A stretch of 64,000 nt of DNA, taken from Azolla caroliniana. Taxonomy: Eukaryota > Plantae > Polypodiophyta. The position numbers and the translations under genes are program-made. The stretch is taken from NCBI GenBank assembly GCA_043228905.1, contig JBHGNT010000021.1, forward strand, positions 12,400,001 through 12,464,000, read 5' to 3'. A model generated the notes under the pieces. It saw only the letters and a list, made by a program, of their open reading frames with translations, was not told where the DNA came from and made no database searches. Positions 38,401 through 47,663 of this stretch are shown here, one piece after another (position 1 is the stretch's first letter; the number at the start of each line of letters is the position of its first letter).

Positions 38401-38875
38401 TCTTCAGCTCGCGGAGCGTCTCGTTGGTGAAGGTGTGTCCTATGCAGGCCGGATCTCGTAAGCTGGGGTCCGATGCAACCCCTTTGATTCGGGATTCGCT
38501 GCCCTCCGGTAAGGGCGCCGCAACTGGTCTCACCTTCCGGTCCACAGTCTTGTACTTGGTGCTAACTCGGGCCGTCCGTTCCGACTCGAGCCCTCGACCG
38601 AAGTCCGCGATGACTTCGTACATTTCTTCTGAACATACCGGTATCGTCCGGTCTTCGTTAAGGTCTTCCTCGACCACCTTCCCCAGCATTCCCAAGGTGT
38701 CGTCGAAGGAGACTGCCTCCACGGCTCCGTCGATTTCTTCGTCAGGGCCGAGAACTCCGCACGCCCGAAGTCTCCCCTCCGTCTTTGTTTTCTCTCGGCC
38801 GGCAATGCCGACCATCGTACATGCTCCGCTGTCGGAGAAGCAAAATTTCCTACCTATTGTACACGGCTTTATCGT
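35459..38875 (-). CDS. Gypsy-B pol (RT-RNase H-integrase with GPY motif, no chromodomain), open frame
   Basis: 1118-aa ORF 35459-38815 extends upstream without a stop to the insertion point; DLYSGYDQ, LPQG, FLDD, TVDTS, YHDSPWAGH..CESC, D-D-E, WFGPY. Confidence 0.93.
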   Translation of the reverse strand, partial: TIKPCTIGRKFCFSDSGACTMVGIAGREKTKTEGRLRACGVLGPDEEIDGAVEAVSFDDTLGMLGKVVEEDLNEDRTIPVCSEEMYEVIADFGRGLESERTARVSTKYKTVDRKVRPVAAPLPEGSESRIKGVASDPSLRDPACIGHTFTNETLRELKIGGGGFLLPVEEDWFRRMLGRHGKAFVFSPEEIGCVDPTVVEPMVIFTVPHVPWNLKPIPVPRAHIPKLMELLKQKVDMGILEPSSAPYSNRWFTVPKKNGSLRFIQDLQPVNRVTIRNAGIGPTIDEFAEAFAGRSIYSVGDLYSGYDQFQLAVESRDITTMRTPLGLVRMCTLPQGGTNSVAHMVNAMNKVLRDCIPDITMPFLDDIPIKGCPVEEKDETIGPDGCRRFVMTHIDDCEKVLQRLEDARLTFSGEKSAFGQSQIMVVGHLCGPYGRKPSPAKVEAISAMKPDCSSVTEVRRFLGACAFYHIWIPHYAHVAEPLYGLLKKGRRFQWLDKHTESVRKLKAALSAAPALRKAVYRKGTPMYITVDTSPTGIGWVVNQEDEDGNRFPIRFGAKVLSERQRGYAQVKRELWGIVSAVKADKDYLIGTEVIIETDCMPILGMVSGCATPDLAMLRWIAYIKSLDPEIRHISGKDNAMADMLSRARFDDEGGMVSEDEEVGVDFFEAAYVTTDGTSTPALNDFDASKYDGEWLQIGGFLRTMAPDASWTKDEANRIRKKAYRFFLRDGYLWKHPKKRDGAPLRVVAMKEEQEELLTAYHDSPWAGHRGTWATFEKIKEKYWWPGLYRDVHRFVTTCESCQMHSVVRHRDELHPTYPPTIHFKWMVDLVTMPMGVGQMRYLVLAREDLTNQVEGRALPNKTTAAVCRFLIEDVICRYGCVGKIVADRGELDAEEAAELFDRLGVKLSLTTAYNPEANGKVERGHGPIVKALVRACGGRVGNWPRLLPYALWADRTTHSSVTGYMPTELMFGQKPIMPMEQTIPSWATVDWRDEMTREELLGARIRQLERRPEDVELAAEKLRVARTKNKARFDRTHRLRPKKIEEGDWVLVYDSSLDNQHRATRKFARRWFGPYVVRSANDNGTYHLAELDGTRMAIPVAGKRIKAFKKRHDDEPDPALLVSSDERSENEEEPTGEE

Positions 38876-39322
38876 TGTCAGGAACTCTATTAAGGCAGAG
38901 AAGGAATTAGTACTAAAAGAAGGATTAGTACTATTGTTGGGGAATAGTACTAAAACAGAGAAGGATTAGTACTATGAGAGGTGTCGAACTTTGAGAGAAG
39001 GAATGAGTGAGTGAGAGAGAGAGAGAGAGAGAGAGAATGATGATGCGAAAGATATATGTATTATATGAAGGAAGATATACAACAGTAGTTAGAAGGCTTA
39101 AGACTGGCGTTGAACCGATTTGGTTCGAACTAATGCCTTGCGCCTCCTTTTATAGTGTCTTCAGGAATACTCCTGAAGTTTCTAGAATGTTCCAGAGAAA
39201 TCTGGAATATACATCAATTTCCCAATAAAACCTAAATGAAAATAATATCCTTCAAATTACAATTCATAACCTAATGGTAAAGTCTCGACCCGTGTAACAA
39301 AAGGTTATGGGTTCGAGTCTAG

Positions 39323-42300
39323 TTATGACACTATCCCCCCTTTAAAACGACGAGTTCCACGAGTCGTTTTGGATTGAGGACCCGGTTTCTCGGGATATCG
39401 TCGATGGAAGTCTTCTAGAAGAGCACGAGCATTGGTCACATTCTCGATCGGTTCCCAAGTACGCTCGCTGGGACTATATCCTAACCAATCGACTAGATAG
39501 TAGAGCTTGTTGCGAACAATCTTGGAATCGAGGATGGCAGCGACCTCATACTCAGGTCCATCTTCGAGCTCGATAGGAGGTGGTGGTTGTATAGTACGTC
39601 CTGGGATAGTGCTCTCGTGATAGGGTTCGAGGAGAGAACTATGAAACACCGGATGTATCCGAAGTTGCGGAGGTAGCTCGAGACGAAAAGCGACATCATT
39701 AATCTTCCCGATAATACGGAAAGGACCTAATCGCCGATAATCCAACTTCTCACATGGGCGAGTAGTCTTGATGTGTCGTCGTAGCAGCCACACCCGATCT
39801 CCAATGTTAAAACTGGATGGAAGTCGATGACGATCTGCGTAGTCCTTGTGTGATTGTTGAGCTTGCTGGAGTTGAGTAGATAAATCCGCTTGTATCTTGC
39901 GTAACCGCTCCAAACGATCCTCCGCGCAAGGATTTGTGGACACTTCTGGGGTTTCAAGGACACACCACCGGGGATGATATCCCGTATAAGCGTAGAATGG
40001 CGTGACTTTAGTCGATGCGTGGATAGCGTTATTATAGGCAAATTCGGCGAACTGAAGAATATCTGCCCAGTCATTCTGATGATAGTTGAGAAAGCACCGC
40101 AGATACTGCTCCAGTGTTTGATTTGTTCGTTCGGCTTGACCGTCGGTTTGTGGGTGGTAGCCGGAGGAGAGGTTACAAGTGACCTTCAGCATTTTAAAAA
40201 GGTGCTTCCAGAATTTTGACACAAACTGGGGTCCACGATCGCTGATGATATTATCAGGGAGTTCATGATGCCGACATACTTCCCGCATGACAATTTCGGC
40301 GGTGTCTTCACTAGATATTTCTTTAGTACAGGGTAAGAAATGAGCCATCTTCGTATATCGATCCACCACTGTGAGAATCGCACTGAATCCCTTAGAGACT
40401 GGAAGATCTGTAATGAAGTCAAGAGCAATGGATTGCCATGGCTTGCTTGGAATTGGTAATGGTTCTAATAAACCATATGGATGATGTCTTGGCATTTTCG
40501 CTCTGCAGCATGTATCGCAAGTCCGAACAAAATCTTCGACAAATTGTCGCATACGGGGCCACCAGAATGATCGTTGTACTAAATCTAATGTTTTAGTACT
40601 ACCAAAATGTCCTGCTGTATATGTGTCATGGCAATTTTGTACTACTCGAAGGCGGCAAGAACCATTAGGAACATACAAAAGTTCTTTAAAGAAGAGTAAT
40701 CCATCACAGTATTTGAATTGCCGATAATCCGTACCTGGTGATTGTGATTGTGAACATGACGCTCGAGAGGGATCAATTTGTGCTAGTATAGCTTGGGCGA
40801 AAGCGTCAGTCTTCAAGTCCTCACGTATAGTATTGGTAATGTCGGAATCCACGGGCATGTCAAAGACCTGTGCTGCTTGCAGTCGTGCTGGACCCAAGAT
40901 TACTTGCTTCTGGTTATCGAAAGCTGGCTCACCGGGACGTGATGTTAGATACGAACGCCGTGATAATGCATCTGCCTTCCCTTGGTGCTTCCCCGGACGA
41001 TATGTAATTTTGAAGTCGAAGCGTGTGAGGAAGTGGGCCCACCGAGCTTGACGTCGATTCAGTACACGAGCATCTTGAAAGTAGGCAAGGTTCTTGTGGT
41101 CACTGAATACAGTGACCTGATGAGGAGATCCCTCCAGGAAATGCCTCCATTGCATAAAAGAATCAACTATTGCTAATAGCTCTTTATCATGAATTTCGTA
41201 GTTGATTTCGGCGGCGTCAAACTTACGGGAGTGGAAAGCCACAGGATGTAGCTTCTCGTCGTTACCCTGTTGTGACAGAATGCTCCCCAATGCGAAATCC
41301 GATGCGTCAGCTTCGATAATGAATGGTTTTTCCGGATCCACATGACCTAAAATTGGAGCTGATGTAAACGCCTTCTTAAGACTCTCGAAAGCCATGTCCG
41401 TCTCTTTAGACCAAATGAATGATTGTCCCTTCCTGGTGAGCTGTGTGAGAGGCAGCACAATTTTTGAGTAATTTTGTATGAACTTCCGGTAAAAATTTGC
41501 AAAGCCTAGGAAGCATTGCACATCCCGCACTGAACGCGGAGTGTGCCATTCTATCACCGTTTTGACCTTGGCTGGGTCCATAGATATGCCTTCTGAGGAG
41601 ATGACATAGCCGAGAAATTCCACTTGGTTGCACCCGAAACTACATTTCTCTAACTTTGCATACAGACCATGTTCTCGAAGTCGTTTTAGTACTAATAGTA
41701 CATGAGAATCATGTTCTTCTTGGGTCTTTGAATAAACCAGTAGATCATCCAAATAGATGATCAAAAAATCATCCAAGAGATCTCGAAATATATCATTCGC
41801 CATGTGCTGGAAGACTACCGGCGCATTAGTGAGTCCGAACGGCATGACCGTATACTCGAAGTGCCCATATCTGGTGCGAAACGCGGTCTTCCATTCATCT
41901 CCTGGTCGGATCCGTACGAGGTTATAGGCTCCTCGTAAGTCGATCTTCGTGAAGAACCTGGCACCGTTGATCCGTTCTAGAAGACTTGAGATAAGGGGAA
42001 GAGCATACCTATTGCTTACTGTGACCTTATTCAAGCCACGGTAATCTACAACGAGTCGAAGCGAGCCATCTTTTTTCTTGACGAAGAAAATGGGTGCGCC
42101 GGCTGGAGATTTCGAATGCCGAATGAAACCGTTCTCCAAATTCTCCTCTATATAGGCTCGAAGGACTTCTAGCTCGGTTGGTGACAAATTGTAGATCGGC
42201 CCCCATGGCGGCTCTTTTCCCGGTTGTAAGTCGATGGCGCAATCGTACGGCCGATGATGAGGAAGTGTGTTGGCTTGTACTTTATCGAACACATCAGCAT

Positions 42301-42919
42301 ACTGACGATACTTCTCGGGAAGTTGAACGGTGGACTCCTCTTTGGTGGTGTTGGAGGGTTGTACTGATATTGCGAAGAGAAACATTTCCTCCTTGCGCCC
42401 TTCCTCACGCAACTGACGTAGCGAAATGGTTGCAACCTTCTGGGTAGATCCTTGGGTTTGTCGCAACCGGATTTCCCTTGTCCTCCAATCTATGTCTGGG
42501 TTATGTAACTCGAACCATGGTAATCCTAAAACTATGGGATGTTCTGGAATACTAATAATATTAAATGATACTACACATGTTAAGTTATCTAGGACAATAT
42601 TAACGGGTTCCGACTCTTCTATGATATTACCAGAAGCAATGGGACGACCATCAATGACTACTACTGAGGCTGGACATGGGAGCTTTCTGAGAAATATCTG
42701 ATGAGCTCGGGCAAAATTCCTATCCATGAAGCAAGAATTAGCTCCGGAATCTAGAAGGGCTAAGGTATGTACTGGAGGGGTACTTTTAGTACTAACTGCT
42801 ACTTGGGCTACGAACACATCACTAACTTGCTTAGAGGGAATGGAACCACTAATGGGCTGCACAGATCTAGGGCTGTCCAACCAAACGGCTCCTATTTTGG
42901 CTGGACTTAGTCGTTTAAC
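39323..42919 (-). CDS. Chromovirus-1 pol (PR-RT-RNase H-INT-chromodomain), -1 frame relative to gag
   Basis: LLDSGA, KIDLRGAY, MPFGL, YLDD, ADASD, H..GH..CDTC, DFI/SDRG/DGQAER, GPF, EYEVAAILD..YLVDWLGY..TWEP; no internal stop. Confidence 0.96.
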   Translation of the reverse strand, partial: VKRLSPAKIGAVWLDSPRSVQPISGSIPSKQVSDVFVAQVAVSTKSTPPVHTLALLDSGANSCFMDRNFARAHQIFLRKLPCPASVVVIDGRPIASGNIIEESEPVNIVLDNLTCVVSFNIISIPEHPIVLGLPWFELHNPDIDWRTREIRLRQTQGSTQKVATISLRQLREEGRKEEMFLFAISVQPSNTTKEESTVQLPEKYRQYADVFDKVQANTLPHHRPYDCAIDLQPGKEPPWGPIYNLSPTELEVLRAYIEENLENGFIRHSKSPAGAPIFFVKKKDGSLRLVVDYRGLNKVTVSNRYALPLISSLLERINGARFFTKIDLRGAYNLVRIRPGDEWKTAFRTRYGHFEYTVMPFGLTNAPVVFQHMANDIFRDLLDDFLIIYLDDLLVYSKTQEEHDSHVLLVLKRLREHGLYAKLEKCSFGCNQVEFLGYVISSEGISMDPAKVKTVIEWHTPRSVRDVQCFLGFANFYRKFIQNYSKIVLPLTQLTRKGQSFIWSKETDMAFESLKKAFTSAPILGHVDPEKPFIIEADASDFALGSILSQQGNDEKLHPVAFHSRKFDAAEINYEIHDKELLAIVDSFMQWRHFLEGSPHQVTVFSDHKNLAYFQDARVLNRRQARWAHFLTRFDFKITYRPGKHQGKADALSRRSYLTSRPGEPAFDNQKQVILGPARLQAAQVFDMPVDSDITNTIREDLKTDAFAQAILAQIDPSRASCSQSQSPGTDYRQFKYCDGLLFFKELLYVPNGSCRLRVVQNCHDTYTAGHFGSTKTLDLVQRSFWWPRMRQFVEDFVRTCDTCCRAKMPRHHPYGLLEPLPIPSKPWQSIALDFITDLPVSKGFSAILTVVDRYTKMAHFLPCTKEISSEDTAEIVMREVCRHHELPDNIISDRGPQFVSKFWKHLFKMLKVTCNLSSGYHPQTDGQAERTNQTLEQYLRCFLNYHQNDWADILQFAEFAYNNAIHASTKVTPFYAYTGYHPRWCVLETPEVSTNPCAEDRLERLRKIQADLSTQLQQAQQSHKDYADRHRLPSSFNIGDRVWLLRRHIKTTRPCEKLDYRRLGPFRIIGKINDVAFRLELPPQLRIHPVFHSSLLEPYHESTIPGRTIQPPPPIELEDGPEYEVAAILDSKIVRNKLYYLVDWLGYSPSERTWEPIENVTNARALLEDFHRRYPEKPGPQSKTTRGTRRFKGGIVS

Positions 42920-44076
42920 TCTTCTTCTAATTGGCTAAGGACATCAAATTTGTTTGCGAGATTCGGACTATTAGTACTATTAGGACTATTATGACTATGA
43001 GGACTATCAGAGATTCCTACTGAAATAGACTCGGGTTTAGTATAGTCAGAACTAACAACGACTTGGTTTACCTGCCTTCTTGGTCTATGGGGACAGTTTA
43101 TCGCGATATGCCCTGGTCCACCGCAATAAAGGCATAATCGGTTTGTTCGGCGTCGTTGCTTTTCCTCCTCCGATAGCGGCCCACGACGACGTGTAGTGTC
43201 AATTTCCATTGGAGTTGGAGTACTTACTAGAGGCGCATTATGTGACTCCCTTTGAAAAGGTTTTGCTACCACTGAGGCATAGGTAGGCTCGGATCTTGCC
43301 CTCGGCATCTGAAATTGTCGTTCCGAACGTCGCTCGAAGAGGCGGTTGTCACATCTGACCGCTCGACTGATTGCTTCTGTTAATGATTTTGGCTCTTCAA
43401 GGAAAGTCAAGAGTAAATCCTTGACATCGTTGCGTAGACCATAGCGGAACTGCTCCATCAATGCTTGATCATCCCAGGGGATATCGGCGGCGAGTAGGCG
43501 GAAATCTGCAGCATATGCGGAGGCTGGACGGTCACCTTGGCGTAATCGCCGGATTTTGTTGATTGCAGTCCTTATGCTGTCAGTATCTCCAAAACATGCT
43601 TTAAACTCACTTATGAATTCTTCAAAATTATTTAGTACTGGAGATTCCTTTTCTAGTAGCGGAGCGAACCATGCTAATGCTGAGCCATTTAACAACGTGC
43701 CTACTAAACCCACTCGTGATGCATCGGTGGGATATCGGGACGGATGCATTTGAATAACTAACCGTACCTGGTTAAGAAACCCTCTAAACTGCGATCGCGT
43801 TCCATCGAACTTCGTGGGAAGGCCAATCTTGGGTTCTTTATGAATCCCTTGTGCTCCGTGCCCTTGTTGTTGCATTGCTACGATGGTTGCTTCGAGTTGT
43901 TGCACGCGTAACGCAAGTTCCCCATGCTGTTGTTGCGTTTGCTGCTTTTCTAAGGAAATTTGCTGAAGATCCCCCAACAAGCGTTGATTTTCTTGTTCCA
44001 AAGCATGAAACTTCTCTTTCAAGCATTGAAATTCCGAGAAAACGGATTGATACTCTTCAGCGCTAACGGTGGCCAT
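42907..44076 (-). CDS. Chromovirus-1 gag (coiled-coil N-terminus, capsid, CCHC)
   Basis: 389 aa; PTKFDG, LRQG..ASAYAADF, FRYGL, PMEID, CLYCGGPGHIAINC (PEG10/sushi-like Gag). Confidence 0.95.
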   Translation of the reverse strand: MATVSAEEYQSVFSEFQCLKEKFHALEQENQRLLGDLQQISLEKQQTQQQHGELALRVQQLEATIVAMQQQGHGAQGIHKEPKIGLPTKFDGTRSQFRGFLNQVRLVIQMHPSRYPTDASRVGLVGTLLNGSALAWFAPLLEKESPVLNNFEEFISEFKACFGDTDSIRTAINKIRRLRQGDRPASAYAADFRLLAADIPWDDQALMEQFRYGLRNDVKDLLLTFLEEPKSLTEAISRAVRCDNRLFERRSERQFQMPRARSEPTYASVVAKPFQRESHNAPLVSTPTPMEIDTTRRRGPLSEEEKQRRRTNRLCLYCGGPGHIAINCPHRPRRQVNQVVVSSDYTKPESISVGISDSPHSHNSPNSTNSPNLANKFDVLSQLEEELND

Positions 44077-44695
44077 GGGATGAAGGAAAAGGGAAATAAG
44101 AGACTAGTAGGAAAGGAGGGAGACAGAAGGAAGAGGGAGAGAAAAGACCAGACAGGCACCCAAAAATCGGTTCAAACTGTCAGGAACTCTATTAAGGCAG
44201 AGAAGGAATTAGTACTAAAAGAAGGATTAGTACTATTGTTGGGGAATAGTACTAAGACAGAGAAGGATTAGTACTATGAGAGGTGTCGAACTTTGAGAGA
44301 AGGAATGAGTGAGTGAGAGAGAGAGAGAGAGAGAATGATGATGCGAAAGATATATGTATTATATGAAGGAAGATATACAACAGTAGTTAGAAGGCTTAAG
44401 ACTGGCGTTGAACCGATTTGGTTCGAACTAATGCCTTGCGCCTCCTTTTATAGTGTCTTCAGGAATACTCCTGAAGTTTCTAGAATGTTCCAGAGAAATC
44501 TGGAATATACATCAATTTCCCAATAAAACCTAAATGAAAATAATATCCTTCAAATTACAATTCATAACCTAATGGTAAAGTCTCGACCCGTGTAACAAAA
44601 GGTTATGGGTTCGAGTCTAGTTATGACAATCGTACAGATGTGGGGTTTTCCCGGAGCATCCGGACTGTCGCGGCCCCACGCCTTGGCAGTCCTCT

Positions 44696-46822
44696 CTAAA
44701 AATCCTCTCGGTTTTCGGAACCGAGGGAGTCGCAGTTACGTTCGTGGTTCGGCCGTACCGTCAGAAACTGGACCGAATGGCGCCCGTCTTGGCTTTTGAC
44801 CCTCGCGTAGGCCGAACCATTGTCCAGCACCTTGGTCTCCATTCGTGCCGCCGTGATGTACGGCTCTCCCAGTATGACCGGATGCGAAGACGTCTCCTGC
44901 ACGAAGAAGTGCTGGTCAATCTCGACGTCGCCGATCTTGACTCGCACATTCGGACAGGCCCCGTGCAGTTCCTCGGTGGCGCGCGTTGCTGCCCTTATTT
45001 TCCACCCGTGTTTGGTGTTGATCGGCCATTTGCCCTTTTTATAGAAGTCCATGGACATCAAATTGATCTCCGATCCGTGGTCCACCAAAGCTACCACCGG
45101 TTCCTGGACTTCGCCGATCTTCACCGGGGTTTCCGTGGTCGCTCGGGCCCAGTGTGGTCTCGAATAGTGGCTTTCCGCCCACTCGTCTCCCAGCGCCATG
45201 TCGTCTAGGTGCGTCGTCCGCACTTCCACCGGTCTTTCCGGTTCTGTCTCCGTTGACAGCCTCTTCCTTTTTACCAAGTCCACGATGGAGTCGTGGAACT
45301 CCTTCTTGGCGATTCCCAGCACCTCTCGTAGCGATAGCTCCACCTTGTTGTCGAGGATCCGTTCCTCCAAGACCTTTCGTAAGTCCGTGGTCCTTTCTAT
45401 CTCCGTCCCCAGACGGTACCCGCCCTTCTGGGGTTTATCTTGCGTACCGGCCCCGCCGGCTTCGTCCCGTCGTGGCCCGGACCGGGTCTCGTATCGTTGT
45501 GAGGGCCCGGTCGTCCCGGGTTTCCCCACCCGCTTCTCTTCCACCAGAGCCTCGTAGTTCTGGCAAGCGGCTTCCACGAAGCCCGTCTTTTCCTCGACCG
45601 GGTCGCTCCACCCGGTCATCTCCCGTACCCATTTCTCCGCACGGTCCGATTCCTCCCTTATAAGCCTTGCACTGGCAAGGCCTTCCAGCATCGTCGGCCA
45701 GAATCCGGCTTTGCTTTCCCTTCGGGCCTCGCCGCCCCCGACTCGAATGCCGGCCGACGCCGAGTAGTGGACGGTTTCCGCGTGTCGGGCCGCCGCCTCT
45801 TCCATCAACCTTTTCATACCACCTCGCCCGTCGTTTCGGCTCAGGGCCCTTCGGGTGTCGCTGGCATGCACCCGTCCTTCCCACAGGTACACCACCCTGT
45901 TCCTCAGCGCCTCCGCGAAGTCGCCGCAGTCCTTCCGAATGTGGCCGACTTCATCGCACCACATGCATCTGTTTCCTGCCGCCGGCCGTCGGTCATGAGC
46001 CGGTTCGCCACCTTCCCTTCGGGCTTGCGCGATTTGGAGGTCCTTTATCGCCCTCGTCAATTCCTCCAGCGCCGCTCCTCCGGTTGAGCCTCTGACTACG
46101 CCGGTCGAAGCCGAACCGGTTTCCAACCACTCTCGGGCCTCTTCCTTTCGCTCCTGTGGCGCTGGTTCGAGCTTCCTTGCTGCGACCGAGCCCGACCCGG
46201 TTGCCCCGTTATCCGCCCATTCTCGCCGTTTGTCGAAACGGCCACAGACTTTCTTGACAGCCGCCCAGTCGGTAGTGAGCCCGTCTTCGGTTTCCAGCAA
46301 GAGGCCTACTTGCTCCCGATCCCGCTCGTCGACCGACTTGACAAACAGCAAGACCCGGCTCGTGTCCAGGATGGTTCGGTCGAGTGCCGAAAGGCGCGCA
46401 AAGTATTCCTCGAACTCCCGGAGGAGTGCCGACGCGTTTCTTCCCTTCCCCGGGGACTCCACCCATTCCATGAACCTTCGCTTTGAAAGCCGGAGCGCGT
46501 CGTCCAGCCCGTATTTCTCTAGGAGCCGACCTTCGAACTCCTCCCAGGTACGGCTCTCCGCCCGCACCTCGAGCACCTCCGCATGGATGCTCGGCATCGC
46601 CACTCGGGGAAATCCGGCAAGACGCCTTTCTTCCGGAATGTCCCGCATCAGCATCTCTGCACCGTAGGACGCCAAATACTTCGTGGCATCCTTCCCATCG
46701 AACCGGCCGATCGTGCCGACGACCGCCTCAATAGCTCTGTCGAGGGCACCGGTGCCCTCGCGCGCGTTTACAATCCGATCCACGGCCGAAGCCATGGCCT
46801 CTGCAAGATCCGACCCCCTCAT
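44696..46822 (-). CDS. Gypsy-B gag-protease
   Basis: ATG 46822 MRGSDLAEAM; CMWCDEVGHIRKDC; LVDHGSEIN..VILGEP; ends GAG GAT TTT TAG. Confidence 0.92.
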   Translation of the reverse strand: MRGSDLAEAMASAVDRIVNAREGTGALDRAIEAVVGTIGRFDGKDATKYLASYGAEMLMRDIPEERRLAGFPRVAMPSIHAEVLEVRAESRTWEEFEGRLLEKYGLDDALRLSKRRFMEWVESPGKGRNASALLREFEEYFARLSALDRTILDTSRVLLFVKSVDERDREQVGLLLETEDGLTTDWAAVKKVCGRFDKRREWADNGATGSGSVAARKLEPAPQERKEEAREWLETGSASTGVVRGSTGGAALEELTRAIKDLQIAQARREGGEPAHDRRPAAGNRCMWCDEVGHIRKDCGDFAEALRNRVVYLWEGRVHASDTRRALSRNDGRGGMKRLMEEAAARHAETVHYSASAGIRVGGGEARRESKAGFWPTMLEGLASARLIREESDRAEKWVREMTGWSDPVEEKTGFVEAACQNYEALVEEKRVGKPGTTGPSQRYETRSGPRRDEAGGAGTQDKPQKGGYRLGTEIERTTDLRKVLEERILDNKVELSLREVLGIAKKEFHDSIVDLVKRKRLSTETEPERPVEVRTTHLDDMALGDEWAESHYSRPHWARATTETPVKIGEVQEPVVALVDHGSEINLMSMDFYKKGKWPINTKHGWKIRAATRATEELHGACPNVRVKIGDVEIDQHFFVQETSSHPVILGEPYITAARMETKVLDNGSAYARVKSQDGRHSVQFLTVRPNHERNCDSLGSENREDF

Positions 46823-47663
46823 CTTCTGCTCTTCTGCCGCCTCCTTCCCGTCGGGTTCACCAAAGATGTCGAGATGTTTTGCAAGTGCGTGTGGAAACGA
46901 GGCGGGACCGTGGGGGTCTCGAACCAAAGAGCAAGCGAGGGAGGAGAAGGAGAGAGAACCGGCTACGCAGGACCAGGAATACACAGGGACACGGCCCTTC
47001 AGCACGGAGAACGCGAACAGACACCGACACAGGCAGATGCGAATGACTAACTATGTATATTAACAAAAATGGCTAACACGACTACAACCCTCGATGGGGC
47101 ACAGGTTGGTTACAGCCGAACAAGCCGGCGAACAGAAGCCGACGCTTGTTCGCTTTGACGCACAAAGGGGTAGCAGGTCGGAGATGCTGCCGGAAGCACT
47201 CGGGCGTTCCTCGAAACAGCGCGAGCCTCCTCGGAACCCTGCACAGAAAAGCTATGGAGCTCAAGAAGGAAGGAAACAGAGAGAGAAGCGTCCAGAAACG
47301 GTCCGACAGCACTTCGTCCTCTCCGCGCGAGATCCCTGCAACAGCTCTTTCCTGCTCCTTATATAGGCCGACGAGCGGGCCGTCCTGTCAGCTTTATTCC
47401 CTGTCCCTTTTGAACAGGGATCCGCTCCGTTCTTCACGCATCCGTGTAGTTACGCCGCCGACTCGTACAGTTCCTTAGCTCGCGCGCGCGACCGAAAAGA
47501 CTGTTCGCGCGGTCTTTGTCTCCACTTGTGTTAGGGCCCGTTCCTGCCGATTATCCTCCTAATTCGCTTCTATGTACAACTTGGAGCGTGCGTGCGTGAA
47601 GAACCGGTTCCCACGCCTTGGTGCGCCGATTCCGCTTATGGACGGTTTTCTTCACGACAACGT

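Larger units (their letters stand above)
38876..44628 (-). mobile_element. Intact Ty3/Gypsy chromovirus (Tcn1/Tf1-sushi-like) 'chromovirus-1'
   Basis: LTRs 38876-39330 and 44178-44628 differ by one visible SNP and a (GA)n length change; 5-bp TSD atcgt; PPT AAAGGGGGGATAG; no tRNA-type PBS. Confidence 0.97.
34595..47659 (-). mobile_element. Ty3/Gypsy 'Gypsy-B' (4-bp TSD group), young, hosts chromovirus-1
   Basis: 793-bp LTRs 34595-35387 and 46867-47659 with about 6 substitutions by eye; TSD acgt/acgt; tRNA-Trp PBS 46849-46862. Confidence 0.96.

Noticed and set aside
39263-39330. Functional tRNA gene
   Set aside because: Anticodon and T stems do not pair properly and it lies inside an LTR; kept only as a tRNA-like module.
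46823-47005. N-terminal Gag extension from non-ATG starts in the LTR (also 53462-53641)
   Set aside because: The extensions of Gypsy-B and Gypsy-C use different frames through U5, so they are not conserved; the shared ATG lies after the PBS.
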